Shown in pieces: positions 53,038 through 61,713 of a stretch of 64,000 nt of DNA. Numbering within the stretch: the stretch's first letter is position 1; every line of letters starts with the position of its first letter. Both the position numbers and the translations under genes were made by a program. The notes under the pieces were generated by a model that made no database searches, was not told the DNA's origin, and saw only the letters and a program-made list of their open reading frames with translations. Origin of the DNA: a virus; the IMG/VR virus record IMGVR_UViG_3300045988_087130, positions 25,785-89,784 of that record, one strand, 5' to 3'.

Positions 53038-54047
53038 TGGTTATGGAAGAAAAAATTAATATAGCGGAAATCCTTAAGGATAAGCCGCAAGGAACTAAGT
53101 TATATGACTTGTTATATAATATAGATGTAGAGTTAGATACCATCAGTACTACTGATACAGAAACAGTAGCTTGGTGTACAAATGAGACTGATAATAATAC
53201 TACTTGCCATCGTGGTTATTCCGAATTTGGTACTGTAAGAGGAGGACTTAATGGCTTACAGATTCTCCTTCCTTCTAAGGAGATGCGTGACTGGGGCAAG
53301 TTCGCCTGGAAGAAAGGCGATGTATTGGTTTGCACAGATGGCAAAGCAGAGGTTATCTTTGAGAGATTTGATGATGACAATTACACTTCATTTGTCGGTA
53401 AGCACTATCTTGAGAGTTATGGTAAAGATGGCGATTTGCTAGATTATGAGCAGGAACATCTCTGTGATACGGCTAATTACACCAAAGAATCCGATGAGAC
53501 TGTTCAATGCTACATCAACACTATTGAGGAACGTTTGGGTGGCAAACTCAATCGTAAGACCCTTGAAGTAGAGAAGGCTCAGCCAGAGTTCAAGGATGGG
53601 GATATAGCTTTTGCTGATTTTGGTAATACACAAGCTGTATTTATAGTATCAGGCAAAACTGACTTATCAGAAGGTTATAACTCGTTTATTGCTTTAGATT
53701 TAAGAGGCTTAACTTTGGATATGGGATGTATGAGTTTCTTTAAGAAAGACCTTTGTAAACTTCGCCTTGCCACAGATGAAGAGAAGCAGCAACTCTTTGA
53801 TGCCCTCACCGAAGAAGGCAAGGCTTGGGATGCCGAGAAGAAAGAAGTTGTTGGCTTGAAGCCAAAGGTTGAGCTGAAACCATTTGACAAAGTGTTAGTC
53901 AAAGATAACCCTTATGGAAGTTGGGAGCCAGCTCTCTTTTGGAAGAAAGTAGATGCAATAGACCTTCATCCCTATATGGTTATAGGAGGTAAAAGGTATA
54001 GATTTTGCGAACCTTACGAAGGCAACGAGCACTTTTTGAACGACTAA
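53037..54047 (+). CDS. hypothetical protein with internal repeats
   Basis: 336 aa; recurring G-D-hydrophobic blocks (KKGDVLVCTDGKAEVIF / FKDGDIAFADFGNTQAVF / FDKVLVKDNPYGSW). Confidence 0.45.
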   Translation: MVMEEKINIAEILKDKPQGTKLYDLLYNIDVELDTISTTDTETVAWCTNETDNNTTCHRGYSEFGTVRGGLNGLQILLPSKEMRDWGKFAWKKGDVLVCTDGKAEVIFERFDDDNYTSFVGKHYLESYGKDGDLLDYEQEHLCDTANYTKESDETVQCYINTIEERLGGKLNRKTLEVEKAQPEFKDGDIAFADFGNTQAVFIVSGKTDLSEGYNSFIALDLRGLTLDMGCMSFFKKDLCKLRLATDEEKQQLFDALTEEGKAWDAEKKEVVGLKPKVELKPFDKVLVKDNPYGSWEPALFWKKVDAIDLHPYMVIGGKRYRFCEPYEGNEHFLND

Positions 54048-54065
54048 ACATGTGGAGGGTTAGGT

Positions 54066-54392
54066 ATGAAAGAGCTTAAAGATTTGGTTGCTGGTGATGA
54101 AGTACTAGTTACAGGTACATTTCACAGACGTATCGCCAAGGTTGATAAAGTGACAAAGACTCAAATTATTATTGATAACGCTAGATTCAGAAGAGATTCG
54201 GGCTGGCAATGCGGTAGTGATAGATGGAATGTTAGAATAATATCTGTTCCTACAGAAAAGGAAATATCAGATATTAAAGAAGAGAATTTTCGCAAGGAGC
54301 TCCTCTATGCTATCAGTTCTTTTGATTTCAAACGCTTATCAACAGATGAGTTAAAACAAGTGTACAATATTGTAAAAGGCAAAGAAAAATGA
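54066..54392 (+). CDS. hypothetical protein
   Basis: 108-aa ORF. Confidence 0.4.
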   Translation: MKELKDLVAGDEVLVTGTFHRRIAKVDKVTKTQIIIDNARFRRDSGWQCGSDRWNVRIISVPTEKEISDIKEENFRKELLYAISSFDFKRLSTDELKQVYNIVKGKEK

Positions 54393-54554
54393 AAAAGAAT
54401 AAATACTCATTAAAGATAAGTCGTAGTTTCTTTGGTGAAACTACCCTTGATGGTTATCCTATAGATATATATTCGAATGACGAATTGAAGATTCTGAAGA
54501 ACCTGCTAACAAAGGTTTTGGGTGAAGTAAATGAATATATAAAAGACTAGGCGT

Positions 54555-54740
54555 ATGAAAGAGCTTAAAGTTGGAGAAAGAGTAACCATTACTCTTGAAG
54601 CTGTTGAACATGACACTTGTGAAGGATGCTTCTTTAAAGGAGTGGCTGGCTATTGTGGCGCAGCTCCACTTGGATTGAAGTGTCTTCCTAAATATCGTTC
54701 AGACAAAAAGAATGTAATCTTTAAAGAAGTAAAGGAGTAA
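54555..54740 (+). CDS. hypothetical small Cys protein (paralog of 9514-9693)
   Basis: 61 aa; C-terminal ...SDKKNVIFKEVKE. Confidence 0.4.
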   Translation: MKELKVGERVTITLEAVEHDTCEGCFFKGVAGYCGAAPLGLKCLPKYRSDKKNVIFKEVKE

Positions 54741-54746
54741 AAGTGT

Positions 54747-54908
54747 ATGTATTTTGAATATAGAATAGTCAAGATTGAGAAAGGTCTTTTTCTTATAGAG
54801 TATAAGACCGCTCCTTATGGAGTTTGGCATGAAGTAAAAAACAAACAGTTCAAGACTAAGCCAAAGGCAGAAGCTTGGGCTAGAAAGAACTTAGAAATGG
54901 AGGTGTAG
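54747..54908 (+). CDS. hypothetical small protein
   Basis: 53-aa ORF found by hand; C-terminal ...EMEV plus the junction repeats the end of 9936-10490. Confidence 0.25.
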   Translation: MYFEYRIVKIEKGLFLIEYKTAPYGVWHEVKNKQFKTKPKAEAWARKNLEMEV

Positions 54909-54910
54909 GT

Positions 54911-55135
54911 ATGAGCAAATATAGCTTGGATATAACGTCAAAGGATAAGCCCTTTATAAACATAGAAGTTGAAGACGATAGAGTTCTTCTCGGTGCTTAC
55001 GAAGGTGGGAAGATAGCAAGAAGATTGTTCTTTATCAACAAAGAACAGTTGGGACTTCTCATAGATGGTTTAAGGGCTGCAAACATCCTTATTCACAATG
55101 AGGTGGATTTAAGTCAGTTTATAATACATAAATAG
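54911..55135 (+). CDS. hypothetical protein (full-length copy of truncated 10493-10609)
   Basis: 74 aa MSKYSLDITSKDKPFINIEVEDDRVLLGAYEGGKIARR... Confidence 0.4.
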   Translation: MSKYSLDITSKDKPFINIEVEDDRVLLGAYEGGKIARRLFFINKEQLGLLIDGLRAANILIHNEVDLSQFIIHK

Positions 55136-55173
55136 CTGTTTAACCATCCCTTATGGGATAAAATATAAGTAAT

Positions 55174-55419
55174 ATGAATAAAAAAGTAAGTGAATTTGTG
55201 CGTAAGTATGTTGAGGAGCACTTGGATAAGAGTGACCCAAAACAAGAGTTTGAGGTGTTTGTAGTATGGCAGTGCTACATTCTTGGTAATGCGAAGTGGT
55301 TGTTATCAACAACGCTTCCAGATGGTATGTACTACGAGGTGACATACAACAAAGTCAAGAATGAGTTCTATCTCGATGCTTACAAGAAATTTGAGAATCG
55401 TTGCATTCCAAACAAGTAA
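55174..55419 (+). CDS. hypothetical protein
   Basis: 81-aa ORF. Confidence 0.4.
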   Translation: MNKKVSEFVRKYVEEHLDKSDPKQEFEVFVVWQCYILGNAKWLLSTTLPDGMYYEVTYNKVKNEFYLDAYKKFENRCIPNK

Positions 55420-55520
55420 CTAACCACCCTCTCCTGTAAAAGGGAGAGGGTGAAAAGAAGATAAAAGCGTTCTTTGACTTAGTGGATTACCGCAAATAAT
55501 AATTAAAATATAGAAATATA

Positions 55521-55552
55521 TTTGGCTATATGAAAATATTGTTTTACCTTTG
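55521..55552 (+). promoter_or_regulatory. sigma-A-type promoter (TTTG-N20-TAccTTTG)
   Basis: TTTG 55521, TAccTTTG 55545; the track ORF start 55550 lies inside the promoter, so ATG 55598 is taken as the start. Confidence 0.45.
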
Positions 55553-55597
55553 CACAATAAAAAATGGCATATATGGAATAATAAAAACAATCAACTT

Positions 55598-56128
55598 ATG
55601 AAGACGGACGCATTAGCTGTAGCCAATTACTTTATAGAATTGGCACAGAAAGAAGATAAGCCTATACATTTGTTAGGCTTGGTTAAACGTGTGTATATAG
55701 CGCACGGTTTTTCTCTTGCTTTGAATCATAGGGGATTGATAAATCCTAGATTTGACAAGGTTGAAGCATGGAAGTATGGTCCTGTTATACCATCTGTGTA
55801 TCATACATTCAAGCAACAACAACATACAGCAAATGAAATCAAGGATTTTGCTACAAATATGGTTTGGGACGAGAATAATTTCAAGCCAGATTGGGTTACT
55901 CCAAAGCTAGAAAATACAGAAGACAAAAAGGTTGTAGAGCTTGTGTGGAAAAGATACAAGAGTTTTAGTGATTCTGAATTAGTATCTCTAACACATAAAA
56001 AGGGTACTCCATGGTTTCTATGCTACATTGAGAATGAAAATGTGCCAATTCCAGACGAATTGACTACAGTTTATTACAAGCAATTAATTGAAAATATAGT
56101 TAATGCGCATGAAAGAAAATCTGTATGA
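55598..56128 (+). CDS. Panacea-domain (DUF4065/SocA-like) protein, putative antitoxin
   Basis: LGLVKRVYIAHGFSLALNHRGLINPRFDKVEAWKYGPVIPSVYHTFK fits the DUF4065 core (K..KLlYy..gw.La..g.pLF.e.feAW..GPV.p.vY). Confidence 0.6.
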   Translation: MKTDALAVANYFIELAQKEDKPIHLLGLVKRVYIAHGFSLALNHRGLINPRFDKVEAWKYGPVIPSVYHTFKQQQHTANEIKDFATNMVWDENNFKPDWVTPKLENTEDKKVVELVWKRYKSFSDSELVSLTHKKGTPWFLCYIENENVPIPDELTTVYYKQLIENIVNAHERKSV

Positions 56129-56480
56129 TATTCTGTCTGCTGATAACAAAAGCACAGAAAAGCTAGAGGAACTAAACACATCCATTGGCGGCAAACCTTT
56201 GGAAGAAACAATTGCATACCAACGTGCTGTAATAGACAAAATGCGTGAAGAAATAGAAGGTCTAAAGCAGGACAGAAAACAACGTAAGATATTTGGATAT
56301 TGCATATTTGGTTTTATGTGTGCTTATATGGCAGCTGCAATAGTTATTGTATTTTTCTGTGGCTTTGGTTTAATATACCTTTCAGATAAGGTTATATTAA
56401 CATTGATTGGCAGTACTCTTGTCGAAGTTATAGGAGTTTTCGCATTTGTAGCTAGATACCTATTCCATAAGAAAGATTAA
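56103..56480 (+). CDS. small two-helix membrane protein, putative toxin partner
   Basis: Starts 26 nt inside the upstream gene (ATG 56103 or 56109); C-terminal IFGYCIFGFMCAYMAAAIVIVFF and VILTLIGSTLVEVIGVFAFVA hydrophobic helices. Confidence 0.45.
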   Translation: MRMKENLYDILSADNKSTEKLEELNTSIGGKPLEETIAYQRAVIDKMREEIEGLKQDRKQRKIFGYCIFGFMCAYMAAAIVIVFFCGFGLIYLSDKVILTLIGSTLVEVIGVFAFVARYLFHKKD

Positions 56481-56505
56481 TAAAAATAATTTAGTATATT
56501 ACGTA

Positions 56506-56538
56506 AGCGGTAATCCACAAGTTGGGTTGCCGCTTTTT
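56506..56538 (+). terminator. rho-independent terminator
   Basis: AGCGGTAA-loop-TTGCCGCT followed by TTTTTGT. Confidence 0.5.
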
Positions 56539-56563
56539 GTATTCAACAATTTAAAAGAAGAAT

Positions 56564-56704
56564 ATGATAGACAGATTCAGACTTACATCACAGTTAGCCA
56601 TCCTTCAAGAGGTAGCTGCCGACTATCAAGGCAAGACAATAGATAATATCATTCAGCAGATGGAGGCAAGGTTGGATGAAGTAATTAAACAAGAAACAAT
56701 ATAG
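56564..56704 (+). CDS. hypothetical small protein (paralog of 31393-31524)
   Basis: 46-aa ORF found by hand. Confidence 0.3.
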   Translation: MIDRFRLTSQLAILQEVAADYQGKTIDNIIQQMEARLDEVIKQETI

Positions 56705-56708
56705 AAGT

Positions 56709-57014
56709 ATGGATAAGAAAGAGAAATCAATCAATAGTCATATTGATAAGGCTATAGGCTATTCAGATAAGGCTCATGACGAGTTGCAAATTGCTCTGAA
56801 TATAGCTTTGGAAGGAAAAGGGATTAGTAACGAGGAAAAGGAACTTCTAAGCGTTGGATTTGCAACAGGAACAGAAGAAGCCGTAGAGCGTGTTGCTGAT
56901 GGTAGTTGTAATGATGAACATATCAGTGCATGGGATAGCCCAATTAGAGACTGCCGAATATCTGAGGTATATCGCATGACAGGTGAGCAGATACGTGAAT
57001 ATTTTAATTTATAA
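56709..57014 (+). CDS. hypothetical protein
   Basis: 101-aa ORF. Confidence 0.4.
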   Translation: MDKKEKSINSHIDKAIGYSDKAHDELQIALNIALEGKGISNEEKELLSVGFATGTEEAVERVADGSCNDEHISAWDSPIRDCRISEVYRMTGEQIREYFNL

Positions 57015-57016
57015 CT

Positions 57017-57379
57017 ATGGATAAGAAGAAAGTTAAAGAGCTGATTGAGCAGATACAGAAGTATTGCGACCAAGCTTATAGCCCTAATTGGCAGTCAAAG
57101 TCATTTGAGGAGTTTGTTAAGTTAGGCAACATCTGTAGAGAAGCTATCAAGGAGCTATCCAAGTCAGACTGGGTATCTGTTGAGGATGGGTTGCCCGAGT
57201 ATGGCGAGAATGTTCTTGCTATATCAAAAGATGGGGATATGAATGTGTCTTACAGACGTAAGATTCCAAGAGATAAAATTAGTAGAGAGGTTATGGATGA
57301 TAACGGATTCATTCTAAACTTCAATTTGTGTTGTAGCACTATCACTCATTGGAAACCTATTGAAAAGTTGGAGGAATAA
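57017..57379 (+). CDS. hypothetical protein
   Basis: 120-aa ORF. Confidence 0.4.
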   Translation: MDKKKVKELIEQIQKYCDQAYSPNWQSKSFEEFVKLGNICREAIKELSKSDWVSVEDGLPEYGENVLAISKDGDMNVSYRRKIPRDKISREVMDDNGFILNFNLCCSTITHWKPIEKLEE

Positions 57380-57852
57380 ATCGCAAGTCTTGTGAGTTGT
57401 ATGAACCAAAGTAAAAAGGGGTAGTTGCCGCTACCCCGAAAAAGATTCATTCTGCTTATACTAAGAAAGAAAAGCAAGTCCCATTTTTGGGATAGATGCG
57501 CTTTCCGTTCCTAATGATGTACTTGCAGAAAACACGAACCTTGTTGTCATTTGGATTCTTTTCCATCAAAAGTCCCTCCATCGTTTATCCAGACTTCTCT
57601 ATCTGGGGGAATACTGCCCACTACAAAGCAGTACAAGAAAAAAGCCCCTAAGCGGCAACTAAGGGGCTTTGTAATCTCCTTGAACAGAGGAAGAACGGCG
57701 TGTAGTGTCGCCGATGGGGGACTATGATGTCCTAGAATCCGAGTGCAAAGGTAATCATTTATATGATTATATAAACAATAACAATGTTAATGTGTTTTAA
57801 ATATGTTCTAATTTAGACTACTCTAAAATAATATATAAATTTATAGTTAATT

Positions 57853-58260
57853 ATGGACAGAAATCAAGCTAAAGAATTTTATCCTATTCTGCAAGCTTTT
57901 GCAGAAGGAAGAGTGATTGAGTGTAGGACAAAACCGAGTGCCGTAAAAGGTACAAGTGTCCCGAATGAATGGACGGAAATGAAAGAGATTGAGTACTGGA
58001 ATAATACAGAGTATCGCATTAAGCCAGAGGTGAAGTTTCGCCCATTCAAGGATGCAGAAGAGTGCTGGAATGAAATGCTCAAACATGAACCATTTGGGTT
58101 TACGAAATTTAAAAATGCAAAAGGTGGATATTATATGGTTACGTTTATCGCAAGTGGTGTAATAGTTGGCATGAATAATACTCCATTTAGTTATGAAAAT
58201 ATGTTTGATGGTTATACATTTGCCGATGGAACTCCATTCGGTGTAAAAGTGGAGGAATAG
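57853..58260 (+). CDS. hypothetical protein
   Basis: 135-aa ORF after a 470-bp ORF-free region. Confidence 0.4.
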   Translation: MDRNQAKEFYPILQAFAEGRVIECRTKPSAVKGTSVPNEWTEMKEIEYWNNTEYRIKPEVKFRPFKDAEECWNEMLKHEPFGFTKFKNAKGGYYMVTFIASGVIVGMNNTPFSYENMFDGYTFADGTPFGVKVEE

Positions 58261-58262
58261 TT

Positions 58263-58475
58263 ATGGCAGCATGGTTAGCAGTTGATAAAAATGGTACAGA
58301 ATGTATCTATGCAGTAAAGAAACCTATTAGAGGTAAAGACAAGTGGGGTCCAGATTCATGGGACTATCGTTATGACTATGCTTTCTATGATTTCGTTGAA
58401 CTCCCCAAAGGCAGCATTAAGAAACTCATCGGAAGAGGGCTTACTTGGAGTGATGAACCAGTAGAATTAAAATAA
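58263..58475 (+). CDS. hypothetical protein
   Basis: 70-aa ORF. Confidence 0.4.
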   Translation: MAAWLAVDKNGTECIYAVKKPIRGKDKWGPDSWDYRYDYAFYDFVELPKGSIKKLIGRGLTWSDEPVELK

Positions 58476-58940
58476 AAAAGGAGGTGTCTCCAGTGAGCAC
58501 CTCCCCGAAAGAGTTAAAACGTAAGCTTACGATTTACTTGTTGATAAAGAAGTGGAATGGTTTACCATGAGCGTACTCAATAGTACCATCCTTTCTGCGA
58601 CGAGACCAACAGAAAACTTCAGTACCACTCTCTTTCTTTTGCAAATTAGAAAACATATGAGGCAACAACCTCCTTTCTGGCATTATACCCAAAAGCGGAA
58701 TTGCTTTGAGCACCTTGCATGGAGCCGCCATACAAAGAAAAACCCCAGCACTGGACTGGGGAAAATGTCTTTCGAGCGGAGGGCTAGGAGACTTTTATTG
58801 TTGGCGATTTCGCCAGGAGGCTGTTTACCTCGTTTCTAATTTGCGCTGCAAAGGTAGTGATTATTTTAATAACAATATCAATAACAAAGTTAATAAAGTA
58901 AAAACAACAGTCTATTTAGACTTTATATAAACATATAAAT

Positions 58941-59327
58941 ATGAAAGTAGAAAATATCAAGTTCAAGGCTAAGCGTCTTGATGGCAAAGGATGGGTTGAA
59001 GGTAGTCTAATCAGAAGTACTACTGGGATAAAGGAAAGAGCCTACATAGTAGATAACTTTAGCAGTATGAGCGATTATAGTGTTATTGGTGTTGACCCTT
59101 CTACTGTCTGTCAGTTCACAGGGCTGAAAGACTGTGAGGGCAAAGAGATTTGGGAAGGAGACATAGTGGAGCGTGTGATATATGACCTATGTAAGGGTTC
59201 TGCCAAGGTAAAAGCAGTAATCGAATATTTGGACGGAGCATTTGTAGCTATTACTGATGGAATACCTTATTCTTTATACTTTAAGTATATTAAGGTAGTT
59301 GGCAATAAATTCGGTAAGGAGGAGTAG
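58941..59327 (+). CDS. hypothetical protein
   Basis: 128-aa ORF. Confidence 0.4.
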   Translation: MKVENIKFKAKRLDGKGWVEGSLIRSTTGIKERAYIVDNFSSMSDYSVIGVDPSTVCQFTGLKDCEGKEIWEGDIVERVIYDLCKGSAKVKAVIEYLDGAFVAITDGIPYSLYFKYIKVVGNKFGKEE

Positions 59328-59330
59328 CGT

Positions 59331-59591
59331 ATGATAAAAACAATATTAGAAAAAGTATCTAAAAAGCTGAATGCTTTAGCTGCTAAGGTGTTTAAGAAAG
59401 AGACTTATCCGTATCCTCCTCTTTCAAGAAGAGAACGAAGAAAGTTTGAACGTGACAACAAAAAGGCTGAGAAGAATATAGCATTATGTCGTAGATGTAT
59501 GAAGGATGCTCCTAGTTGGTGGTGTCCAGGAGAACGTTGTTATTTCTTCCCTTACCGAAAACATGTATTATTTGGAGACAAAAATAAGTAG
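59331..59591 (+). CDS. hypothetical basic protein
   Basis: 86 aa; R/K-rich with CRRC..C..C cysteines. Confidence 0.4.
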   Translation: MIKTILEKVSKKLNALAAKVFKKETYPYPPLSRRERRKFERDNKKAEKNIALCRRCMKDAPSWWCPGERCYFFPYRKHVLFGDKNK

Positions 59592-59594
59592 CGT

Positions 59595-59897
59595 ATGGAA
59601 AAGAAGTTTGAAGAGATAGTTGCGGAAGGCAATATAGTTGTGATAGATGATTGTGGTTATTGGATTGTGTTATGCAAATGTTGGAAACCAGAATACCACA
59701 ATCTGTTCTGCTATCTTTATCTCAGTAAGAATAGTAAAAATTTGATGGTAGGTTCTCATTTTACAATGACAGAGGATAAAAAGAAATCTACTCGGTTGGC
59801 TACCAACGAGGAGCGTCTTATGCTTTTTGAAGAAATGTTCAAGTATGGCATTGCTCTCAATAAGCAAGAGCATCATCTGATAGGTAAGTTGTGGTAA
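59595..59897 (+). CDS. hypothetical protein
   Basis: 100-aa ORF. Confidence 0.4.
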   Translation: MEKKFEEIVAEGNIVVIDDCGYWIVLCKCWKPEYHNLFCYLYLSKNSKNLMVGSHFTMTEDKKKSTRLATNEERLMLFEEMFKYGIALNKQEHHLIGKLW

Positions 59898-59916
59898 TTG
59901 AAAGATAAAATAGCGT

Positions 59917-60219
59917 ATGAAGATTAGATTGGCAAAGAAAATAATGAAGCATAAATGTACTTTCCTCGATTTAGAAGAGAAGTACAAAAAGAAAGGGTAT
60001 AATGTCAAGTGGTTGCTTGCAATGGCATCTTACGATAAAAGAAAGAGGTGTCGGAATGCCTTACCATTCGACCACCGCATCACAAAGGCGATAAACCTTA
60101 GCGCAAAGTGCAAAGCAAGGGATATTCTTCACGATATAGAGAAGAACGGTTGCCGAACTCCTTTTAACCAAAAGAATGTAGAATCTTGCAGACGTAAGGT
60201 TGAAGGTTATAAAGTTTAA
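59917..60219 (+). CDS. hypothetical protein
   Basis: 100-aa ORF. Confidence 0.4.
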   Translation: MKIRLAKKIMKHKCTFLDLEEKYKKKGYNVKWLLAMASYDKRKRCRNALPFDHRITKAINLSAKCKARDILHDIEKNGCRTPFNQKNVESCRRKVEGYKV

Positions 60220-60239
60220 CAATTAAAAAGAAATGAGAT

Positions 60240-61442
60240 ATGAATGAGTTTACAAAGGTCTTTGCAAAGACAATAGAAGATGAAGCTATCAAGCAGATAG
60301 AAGTTCTATCCAATAGCGATGCTTACTCTGGTTGTGAAATAAGAATAATGCCAGATTGTCACGCAGGTAAAGGCTGTACTATTGGCACGGTGATAGAGCT
60401 GGACAAAAGAGTAGTTCCTAACACCGTAGGAGTAGATATAGGTTGCGGAATGAAAGTCGTTAGACTTGGTAAAGTTAATATTAATCTACAGAAATTTGAC
60501 GAAGCAGTCAATACGTTGATTCCGTCTGGTTTTAATATCAACGAAGAAGCTTCTGCATACATACATGGATTAGTTGACGGCAATATGTTTGGTAAATTTC
60601 GTTCTTGGGATAGTATTAATGGGATGGATATAGTATATCGTTCTGTTGGTTCTCTTGGCGGTGGCAATCACTTTATTGAGTTAGATGCAAATGAAGAAGG
60701 AGAGAAGTTTCTTGTGATACATACAGGAAGTAGAAACCTTGGTGTTAGGGTATGCAACTATTACCAAAAACTTGCCTACGAGTATTGTCGTAAGAAAATA
60801 GCAGATAAGTCTGAGGTTATTGCCAAGTTGAAAAGCGAAGGAAGAGAAAAGGAAATACAGAGTGCTATAAAGTTGTTAGGTACTAGAGATATTAGCAAGG
60901 AACTTTCTTACTTGGAGGGCGATTTGCTTGATGATTACTTAAATGATATGCGTATAGTTCAGAAGTATGCCGAGCATAATAGAAGAATTATAGCTAACAG
61001 ACTCGTCAATGCTCTAGGTGTGGATATTGACCCAAATTCAGACAAGCATTCTTTTACAACTATTCACAACTATATAGATACAGACAAGGGCATATTGCGA
61101 AAAGGAGCTATCAGTGCAAAGAAAGACGAGATTGTCATTATTCCTATGAATATGCGTGACGGTTCTCTTATCTGTAAAGGTAAAGGAAACAAGGAATGGT
61201 TATGCTCAGCCCCACATGGCGCAGGTAGATTAATGTCTCGTACACAGGCAAAGAAAGAGTTATCTATGGATTCTTACAAGAATGAAATGAATGGTATCTA
61301 TTCCACATCAGTTTGTGAAGAAACCATTGATGAAGCACCTATGGCATACAAACCAACCGAAGAGATTGTTGAGCTAATAAAACCTACGGTTGATGTGATA
61401 GATGTTATTAAACCAATTTACAACTTTAAAGCAAAATTATAA
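60240..61442 (+). CDS. rtcB: RtcB-family RNA ligase (short form)
   Basis: RtcB hallmarks MPDCHAGKG, VGVDIGCGM, GGGNHFIEL, HNYID, SAPHGAGR all present. Confidence 0.75.
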   Translation: MNEFTKVFAKTIEDEAIKQIEVLSNSDAYSGCEIRIMPDCHAGKGCTIGTVIELDKRVVPNTVGVDIGCGMKVVRLGKVNINLQKFDEAVNTLIPSGFNINEEASAYIHGLVDGNMFGKFRSWDSINGMDIVYRSVGSLGGGNHFIELDANEEGEKFLVIHTGSRNLGVRVCNYYQKLAYEYCRKKIADKSEVIAKLKSEGREKEIQSAIKLLGTRDISKELSYLEGDLLDDYLNDMRIVQKYAEHNRRIIANRLVNALGVDIDPNSDKHSFTTIHNYIDTDKGILRKGAISAKKDEIVIIPMNMRDGSLICKGKGNKEWLCSAPHGAGRLMSRTQAKKELSMDSYKNEMNGIYSTSVCEETIDEAPMAYKPTEEIVELIKPTVDVIDVIKPIYNFKAKL

Positions 61443-61645
61443 TGAGCAAGGAAACATTTGACTTCTCGGAGGCTCTGAGAAGAATGAAGGAAGGGAAGAA
61501 AGTGAGAAGGGTAATTTGGGAAGAATGTGGAGCTTATATCCATATTGTCTCTGAGACTATTGTGGCTGTATGCGATGGGCAATTCTTTCCTTGTGTTTTC
61601 AAAGATTCTGAGGATATACTTGCAACAGACTGGGAGGAGGTGTAA
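61442..61645 (+). CDS. hypothetical protein
   Basis: 67-aa ORF. Confidence 0.35.
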   Translation: MSKETFDFSEALRRMKEGKKVRRVIWEECGAYIHIVSETIVAVCDGQFFPCVFKDSEDILATDWEEV

Positions 61646-61647
61646 GG

Positions 61648-61713
61648 ATGAAAAAGAAAGTATTGACCCTCACCGTCAGCAAGCAGTGGTTCGACATGAT
61701 AGTAGTATTATGA
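61648..61713 (+). pseudogene. 21-codon 5' fragment duplicating the start of ASCH-like gene 62362
   Basis: MKKKVLTLTVSKQWFDMIVVL* against MKKILTLTVNKEWFSRILLGEK... at 62362; the HNH gene lies between them. Confidence 0.4.
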
